From: Solirubrobacteraceae bacterium
Lineage (GTDB): Bacteria; Actinomycetota; Thermoleophilia; Solirubrobacterales; Solirubrobacteraceae
Assembly: GCA_035567335.1 (NCBI GenBank)
Contig: DATMPZ010000048.1
Location: 7,020 to 71,019 of the forward strand
DNA length: 64,000 nucleotides
Direction: 5' to 3'
In this document: piece by piece, positions 58,488-64,000 of the stretch
Layout of the letters: every line of letters starts with the position of its first letter
Position numbering within the stretch: the stretch's first letter is position 1
Notes under the pieces: generated by a model
The model's input: the letters and a program-made list of their open reading frames with translations, nothing else
Databases searched by the model: none
What the model was told of the DNA's origin: nothing
Program-made: the position numbers and the translations under genes

Positions 58488-60485
58488 TCATCGCGGAGAA
58501 ATCACACGCAGCGATGCCCCGTTCCAGAGGGATTGAGCGGCATCGTTTTCGCCCTTCCGACTAAAGCGTTCGACACTGCCGTTGCCCCATGTGGCGGTAA
58601 CAGAAATGTGTGTACCGTCTGTGATTAACGATCTTCCGGCGGGCGTGAGCGGAACGTCAAAACCGTAGTTTGGGTAGGGAGTGGTTGAGTGAAAGTTGCC
58701 TGCGGCGACAACGACGCGGCGACCATGGTTCTTGACTGTCTCGACTATCCGGACTGTGCACGGACAGGACGAGACGGTGAACTCCTCGAGCCGGTCATTG
58801 TCTTCGAGGACCTTCTCCAGCTGGAGGCTGCCGTCGGAGGCAGCCACGATGCGAAATCTGGCGTGGGACACGAACTCGACGCAAGAGGCAGAGGGCCTTG
58901 GGCATACCCAGTCGAGGCGCACACGAGCGGTCGCCCATCCTGGACCCCGTCTAATCGAGGCCGTGTGGATCCGCGGGACTAGCCGCAAATGGGCGCTCGC
59001 TTCTGGAATCGCGGATACGGCTTCTTCGCGTGGCGACGTGGATTGGTAGACGAAATCGCTAGCGAGCGATGTCGTATGGCCATGCACGGTAACGTCATGG
59101 GCATACGCGGTGAGCAGGTGTCTGATTTCGCTGACTGCGGGGACGGGAAGCGGCGGGGTTGGGGCCGGTGAGGGGGCAGTGGGGGAGGCGGACTGACTGG
59201 AGGGTTTCGGGTTACTCGAGTGGCCCCCACGCAGTACAAACCCAATAATCAGCGCAAGGCAAACCCCGACGGCGAGCAAGGCGCGGGCCGGCATTTCCTT
59301 GCGGCGTCTCTCCCGCTTCGCCCTTGCCTCGGCCGCCCGTCGAGCCTGCTCTGAAGCCTCCCGCGTAGCCTGCCGCGAAGCGTTCCGTCGAGCCTGCTCT
59401 GAAGCCTCCCGGGTGGCCGTCAATACGTCCCGGCGGCGCACCGTCTGTTCATCGAGCCGGACGCGAAGCTTCGACTGACGGCCCCTGTTCGCCGCGATCC
59501 CAGAGACCCCTTCTGGGCGACCGGCGGCGGGCGTCTGCCCGGGCCTCGCCTCAAGGATCGGCTCCTCTGCCTGCAACTGGCGCAGAGCCGGTGTGGCGTC
59601 TGCGAGTTTGGTCAGAGTAGCGGTCAAGGCGGTGGCTATCTGGCGTAGTGACTTGTGGTCGCTCTCGCTCCACGCTAGAAGGGCCGGCGACCTCAGTGGA
59701 TCGCGTAGATCAGCGGCACTTAGGAGGAGCTTGTCGTCCCCCCCGTCGTAGCGCTCCCACGACTCAGGATCATGAGCGCAGAGCAGGATCGAGCCGTAGA
59801 TGACCCAGGCGGCGTACCGATCCATCTCGGGACCGTAGAGGTCGAGCTGGCCCGAGATGCGCGAGGGGTGCTGGTAGTTGGGGTGTCCAGCCTCGCGGCT
59901 GGGCGTACCTGCGAGCTGTGGCACGTACATGCCGTCGTAGTCGACGAGCTTGAGCCGCCCGTCCGCCAAGACGAGAATGTTGCCATGTTGGAGGTCGCCG
60001 TGCGCCCAGCCACAGCGACCGAGGTCGTCGACGATGCTGCGGAAGCGCTGCGCCAGAGTTATGAGCTGCTGCGAATCGCCCAGGTGGTCGGCGATGTACT
60101 CGTCCAGGCTCGCGCCGTCAATCCATTGCATCTTGACGATCGGGAACTCTCCTCCGTCGACGCGGATCCCCGGATCCTGGAAGTCAAACGGCACGTACCA
60201 GTCGCGCGCCTGCGAGCCGAGCACGTGGCTCAGCCACCGGCTGCGCTCCTCGCGTCCAGTCTGGTTGCGCACGAAGCACTTGATTGCAAACGGGGTCGCG
60301 GCTGTCGCGACGTGAAATACGGAAGAGAACTGCCCACTACGCATGAGCGGCAGTCCGCTCGTGCCGTTCGTGGCCGTGGCCCCGTCCTGTAGATCGGAAT
60401 CGAGGAAGCAGGTCGCGGGAACCCGGATGGCCGCGGAGTACTCAATCCGGGCGGGCCATCGGCGCAGGTTTTCGCTCCCCATCAC
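58488..60485 (-). CDS. Ser/Thr kinase (TerY-P type) with TM helix and extracellular domain
   Basis: FAIKCF, HGDLQHGNILV, LVDYDG; duplicated TREASEQARR; TM ALLAVGVCLALIIGFVL; Pro linker. Confidence 0.85.
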   Translation of the reverse strand: MMGSENLRRWPARIEYSAAIRVPATCFLDSDLQDGATATNGTSGLPLMRSGQFSSVFHVATAATPFAIKCFVRNQTGREERSRWLSHVLGSQARDWYVPFDFQDPGIRVDGGEFPIVKMQWIDGASLDEYIADHLGDSQQLITLAQRFRSIVDDLGRCGWAHGDLQHGNILVLADGRLKLVDYDGMYVPQLAGTPSREAGHPNYQHPSRISGQLDLYGPEMDRYAAWVIYGSILLCAHDPESWERYDGGDDKLLLSAADLRDPLRSPALLAWSESDHKSLRQIATALTATLTKLADATPALRQLQAEEPILEARPGQTPAAGRPEGVSGIAANRGRQSKLRVRLDEQTVRRRDVLTATREASEQARRNASRQATREASEQARRAAEARAKRERRRKEMPARALLAVGVCLALIIGFVLRGGHSSNPKPSSQSASPTAPSPAPTPPLPVPAVSEIRHLLTAYAHDVTVHGHTTSLASDFVYQSTSPREEAVSAIPEASAHLRLVPRIHTASIRRGPGWATARVRLDWVCPRPSASCVEFVSHARFRIVAASDGSLQLEKVLEDNDRLEEFTVSSCPCTVRIVETVKNHGRRVVVAAGNFHSTTPYPNYGFDVPLTPAGRSLITDGTHISVTATWGNGSVERFSRKGENDAAQSLWNGASLRVISPR

Positions 60486-60491
60486 ACCCCT

Positions 60492-61409
60492 TCACATCGG
60501 GACGATGCGCATCACCGACACGTCGTCATTGTGAATCGCCCTCTGCTCGACGCGGCGCTCGAGCCAGCGAGCCATAACTTCGCTATCGCTGCTCGCCAAC
60601 AGATCGTCGAGCTCGCTCCAGGGAGTTCCCCCGTCGCTGCTGGAGCGAAGGAACCATTCGGCGAGCGCGTCGGTGCAGAGATAGAAGCGATCGCCCGGAT
60701 CCCAGTGCCACCACCAGTCGGCCAGGCTGTTGAGCGATCGCTCGACATCGGGGAGGGCTCGCCGGCTGGTCGGCACGAGTTCTGGGCGCGTGCCAAACTG
60801 CTCGGGTCGGCGCAACGGATGCGCCCAGTACACGTCCACCTCGCCGGCTGGGATCTGGAACACGCAGGAATCGCCAACCGCGCGTCCGAGCCACAGGCCG
60901 CATTGGATGTCCTCGCGGTAGGGCAGCAGGTCGAGGACCAGGAGCGTCGAGAACGCGCCATGGCGGAGGTTCTTCTGCTCGAACCACTGCAACGGTTCTC
61001 TCCTAGTCTCGCGGTCCACGACGTAGTTTTCGATGTCGAGCTCCCAAGCGTCGACCGATGCCGACAGCAGCCCATCGACGTCAAAGGGATCGGCAGCGCA
61101 GGCCTCTCGCGCGAGGATCTGCGCCCACTGGCCACAGCGATAGCCATAGCTCGCGCCGTCAGCTATCGCGCACCGCAGCGCCCGCATGTTGCGGTCGCCG
61201 ACGTAGGTGCCGTTGGGCGGGAAGACCGCGTCCCGGCACTGCTCCCTGCGAGCGTCGAGCTTCGGCGCCGAGATGCTCGACACCAGCGGCCGCAGCGGCG
61301 TCTCGATATCCACCGCAGTGTGGCCGTCGGGGGTTACCGGCAGAGGGCGGATCCACGTTTTCAACCGCCGGCTGGGAGGCGAGCGGAGCAGCCAGTTCAC
61401 AGGACGCAT
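60492..61409 (-). CDS. PP2C-like phosphatase (TerY-P type)
   Basis: AIADGAS, AVGDSC, LCTDAL, NDDVS. Confidence 0.85.
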   Translation of the reverse strand: MRPVNWLLRSPPSRRLKTWIRPLPVTPDGHTAVDIETPLRPLVSSISAPKLDARREQCRDAVFPPNGTYVGDRNMRALRCAIADGASYGYRCGQWAQILAREACAADPFDVDGLLSASVDAWELDIENYVVDRETRREPLQWFEQKNLRHGAFSTLLVLDLLPYREDIQCGLWLGRAVGDSCVFQIPAGEVDVYWAHPLRRPEQFGTRPELVPTSRRALPDVERSLNSLADWWWHWDPGDRFYLCTDALAEWFLRSSSDGGTPWSELDDLLASSDSEVMARWLERRVEQRAIHNDDVSVMRIVPM

Positions 61410-61427
61410 ACGCGGCCGCGACGCTGG

Positions 61428-62405
61428 CTAGCGGAGCGCGCCCGGATTGGGTCTGGTGCCGATGTCAATGAACTTAATGAGAGCCGTCATATCGGCGTTG
61501 TAGACGAAGCCACGGCTGTTTCCGGTGATCTCGCCGAAACCCTCGTTTGCGGCAAGCCTACGCATCGGTGGGGGCAGAACGCTGGAAAGCGCGAAGAGCT
61601 GCATCGCAAAGCGAGCGTTGAGGCGGTCGGGGGAATCGGGGAACATCACAGGGTTTCCGCTGTCCTCGGACAGGTGAAGGTTAAAGAGTAGGATGTTCCC
61701 GTTGCCCGTCGCCAGATCCGTCAGGCGGCGTGCGTGCCCGTCAGGCTGATCGTCTTGGTTTGCCTCACCATCCGTGATGTTCATGACGATCGGCGGGAAG
61801 TCCATATCGGTTGGGTGCTCGGCGACCCACCGGGACGCGACGTCGATCGCTTGCCGCATGGCCGATCCCATCGGCGTGCCTCCCTCCGCTACTGGCTCGA
61901 ACCAAACCGGGAAGCTGCCCGATCGGCTGAGCGACGCGTAGTTGACCGCGACCTCGCTGATTGGCAGCAGATCCCTGTCCGCGAGGGCCCCGCCGAAGGC
62001 TGGGCCGACGCGGGCGCCGTAGCCGATAACCGAGACATAGACGCGGTCGATGATCTCGGCGTCTAGGGAGTTCTGCGCGATCAGCTCAGCAAGAAGACGG
62101 TTGATCTGATCGGCTACGCCGTCGGCCTTCGATTGCTTGGGCTTGCTGCCGGCCATCCGATCCCGCATCGAGGCTGATTGATCGATGAGGAATATGAAGC
62201 AGGCTGGGTGGCGACGATTGATCTCGGCTGTGTAGTGCGTCGGATCCTCAGACCGCGAGGGCGCCGGGGTGACCGTTGGCTGGGGGTCGGGTTGCGGCGA
62301 CGTCGCCTTGGGAACAGACTGGGGCGTCTGCAATAGCGCGGCGCCGCACTTCTTACAGAATTTGGCGCTAAGACGATTGTCGTGGTCGCAGACGGGACAT
62401 CGCAT
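61428..62405 (-). CDS. Zinc-ribbon plus vWA (TerY-like) protein
   Basis: CPVC..FCKKC; MIDAS DQSAS; TPMG; NITDGE. Confidence 0.85.
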   Translation of the reverse strand: MRCPVCDHDNRLSAKFCKKCGAALLQTPQSVPKATSPQPDPQPTVTPAPSRSEDPTHYTAEINRRHPACFIFLIDQSASMRDRMAGSKPKQSKADGVADQINRLLAELIAQNSLDAEIIDRVYVSVIGYGARVGPAFGGALADRDLLPISEVAVNYASLSRSGSFPVWFEPVAEGGTPMGSAMRQAIDVASRWVAEHPTDMDFPPIVMNITDGEANQDDQPDGHARRLTDLATGNGNILLFNLHLSEDSGNPVMFPDSPDRLNARFAMQLFALSSVLPPPMRRLAANEGFGEITGNSRGFVYNADMTALIKFIDIGTRPNPGALR

Positions 62406-62766
62406 GAGTCTGACTCCTTAAGATGTGTCGCAGGCTTGGCGGATTGTAGCGATAGAGGCCCTGACACGGCTATCGGCTATCAATGGACCGAGGTCGAAAA
62501 GCCGGACCTTCGACAAGCCCAGTTCCCCAAGCTCAGCCGGACAACCTAGACTTAGCGTCGCGGTGAGTGGGGTGCCTCGGGCTGGTCAGTTCAAGCCGCC
62601 GACCGATTCGCGTCTCACGGATCACATCTCGATCGGGGTGTTTCTGGCATCACGCTTCACCTCGTGGCAGTTTTCGCGGCCGGTACAAACGCCTGCGGGC
62701 AGTCGTCGTCGATGCGGTGAAGTGACCTTTCATGTAGCATGCCCCCGTCGAAATTCGAGGAGGCTC

Positions 62767-64000
62767 GTGGCGGCAGCGCCCAACCAGCGGCGGTGGGTAC
62801 AGGTCCTGGAGGGGAGCCGTGTCGAGGACCCTGCACGCGTCGTCGGCGTCGATTTCACCGACGGGGTGCCCCCTCGCGCGGTCGTCCAGGGCATCGACAG
62901 CGCCTTTCGGTTCAACGACGAGCTGCTCAGCAAGCACGTTCTGTTCCTGGGGAGTATCGGCTCGGGCAAGACGAACGCGATGCAAGCGCTGTTCTGGTCG
63001 CTGCGAGAAAACAGCAGACCGGACGACGTATTCGTCATATTCGACACCAAGGGCGACTTCTTGGAGGGGTTCTACCAGGATGGCGATGCCGTTATCACCA
63101 ACGACCGTGACCTCGCCGACGGCTGCGTCACGTGGAACATCTTCGACGATCTCCATGGGGTCGGCAAAGAGCGCATCGACGATGCTTTTGAGATCGCATC
63201 GACGATCTTCAGCGAGACATTGGCGCAGGCATCGAACAATTACTTCTTCGCGGCCGGCGCGAGGGACATCTTTGCCGCCGTCCTCGAGGCGATGGCCCGC
63301 GGCGACGGTAGTCGTCCATCGAATCAAGAGCTGCGCCAGGCACTCGAAGGCTCACCCCAACAGCTGTTGGAGTTGCTCGAGCCGCACCCCGACCTGGCCA
63401 GCAGTCGTGCGTATCTGACGGGCGAGGTGATCGCAAGATCTACACTGGCCTACCTCCAGCAGGCGGTACGGACCGCCTTTTCGGGTGCGTTCCAAGACCC
63501 GGGGAGCTTCTCGGTGCGAGGGTACGTGCGGGAAAAGGGGGGGCGGGCTCTATTCGTCGAGTACGACATAGCCAAAGGTGCTGTCCTCCTTCCGATCTAC
63601 CGGGTCCTGCTCGACCTGGCGATTAAGGAGTCGCTCGGACGCTCACGCGCGCCCGGCAGCGTGTTTTTCCTGCTGGACGAGTTCGCGCTCCTCCCGGAGC
63701 TCCGGCACATCTCAGATGGAATCAACTTCGGGCGCTCGCTGGGCCTGAAGTTCATCGTCGGCAGCCAGAACGTCTCACAGGTGTATCACTCATATGGCGA
63801 AAACATCGGCACCAGCATTCTCAGCGGTTTCGGCACGGTGTTCGCCTTTCGGCTGATGGACGCGCCGAGCCGTTCGTTCGTGTCTGACCGCTTCGGACAC
63901 AATCGCAAGCGCATAACGATCGAGCAGTCGGTCAGAGCCGAAGGCGTGCATGACAGCGTGCACGAAGGCAAGGTCATCGAGGACTGGGATCTGTCCTCAC
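62767..64000 (+). CDS. TrwB/TraD/VirD4-like coupling ATPase, 3'-truncated; absent from the ORF track
   Basis: Own translation of frame 1: HVLFLGSIGSGKT (Walker A), IFDTKGDF, FFLLDEFALLP (Walker B), GRSLGLKFIVGSQNVSQ; no stop to the window end; GTG start with GAGGAG is tentative. Confidence 0.8.
   Translation, partial: MAAAPNQRRWVQVLEGSRVEDPARVVGVDFTDGVPPRAVVQGIDSAFRFNDELLSKHVLFLGSIGSGKTNAMQALFWSLRENSRPDDVFVIFDTKGDFLEGFYQDGDAVITNDRDLADGCVTWNIFDDLHGVGKERIDDAFEIASTIFSETLAQASNNYFFAAGARDIFAAVLEAMARGDGSRPSNQELRQALEGSPQQLLELLEPHPDLASSRAYLTGEVIARSTLAYLQQAVRTAFSGAFQDPGSFSVRGYVREKGGRALFVEYDIAKGAVLLPIYRVLLDLAIKESLGRSRAPGSVFFLLDEFALLPELRHISDGINFGRSLGLKFIVGSQNVSQVYHSYGENIGTSILSGFGTVFAFRLMDAPSRSFVSDRFGHNRKRITIEQSVRAEGVHDSVHEGKVIEDWDLSS

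Noticed and set aside
59337-59411. Mobile or regulatory repeat inside the kinase gene
   Set aside because: In-frame 48-bp-period duplication encoding TREASEQARR; an ordinary linker expansion
62420-62760. IS end or oriT upstream of the TrwB-like ATPase
   Set aside because: No convincing inverted repeat or nic-like motif could be supported by eye

Overview
High-GC actinobacterial chromosome, most likely Thermoleophilia/Solirubrobacterales (inferred from gene content and signal-peptide style). Positions 1-40 kb are mostly housekeeping: an atypical tRNA(UUC), tkt-tal, an acyl-CoA dehydrogenase pair, dacA, lipA/lipB, the pyruvate dehydrogenase genes (pdhABC, lpdA), thiE/thiOSG, argF, rlmD, an inositol-lipid cluster (ino1, pgsA, AUR1/PAP2-like, GT-C-like, GT4-PHP) and nth. 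Positions 40-64 kb are accessory and visibly lower in GC. They hold a candidate two-gene toxin-antitoxin pair, a coupled operon of three secreted proteins (collagen-like plus two giant proteins) with a TetR regulator, VapC and IS630 relics, a propeller-TPR protein, a tRNA-Phe 3' remnant, arfB, a TerY-P-like vWA/PP2C/kinase triad and a divergent TrwB/TraD-like ATPase that runs off the window end. The best unannotated signals are: (1) a tandem type I toxin-antitoxin-like locus between lipB and pdhC (22-aa hydrophobic peptide, convergent antisense RNA, long-range 5'-3' pairing); (2) a tRNA with a UUCG-capped hairpin inserted in its D-loop; (3) a GATC-rich palindromic repeat family, some copies translated inside proteins; (4) mini-ORFs bridging the stop of one gene to the start of the next in several operons. 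Everything was read by eye from the sequence and ORF track; no searches were run.
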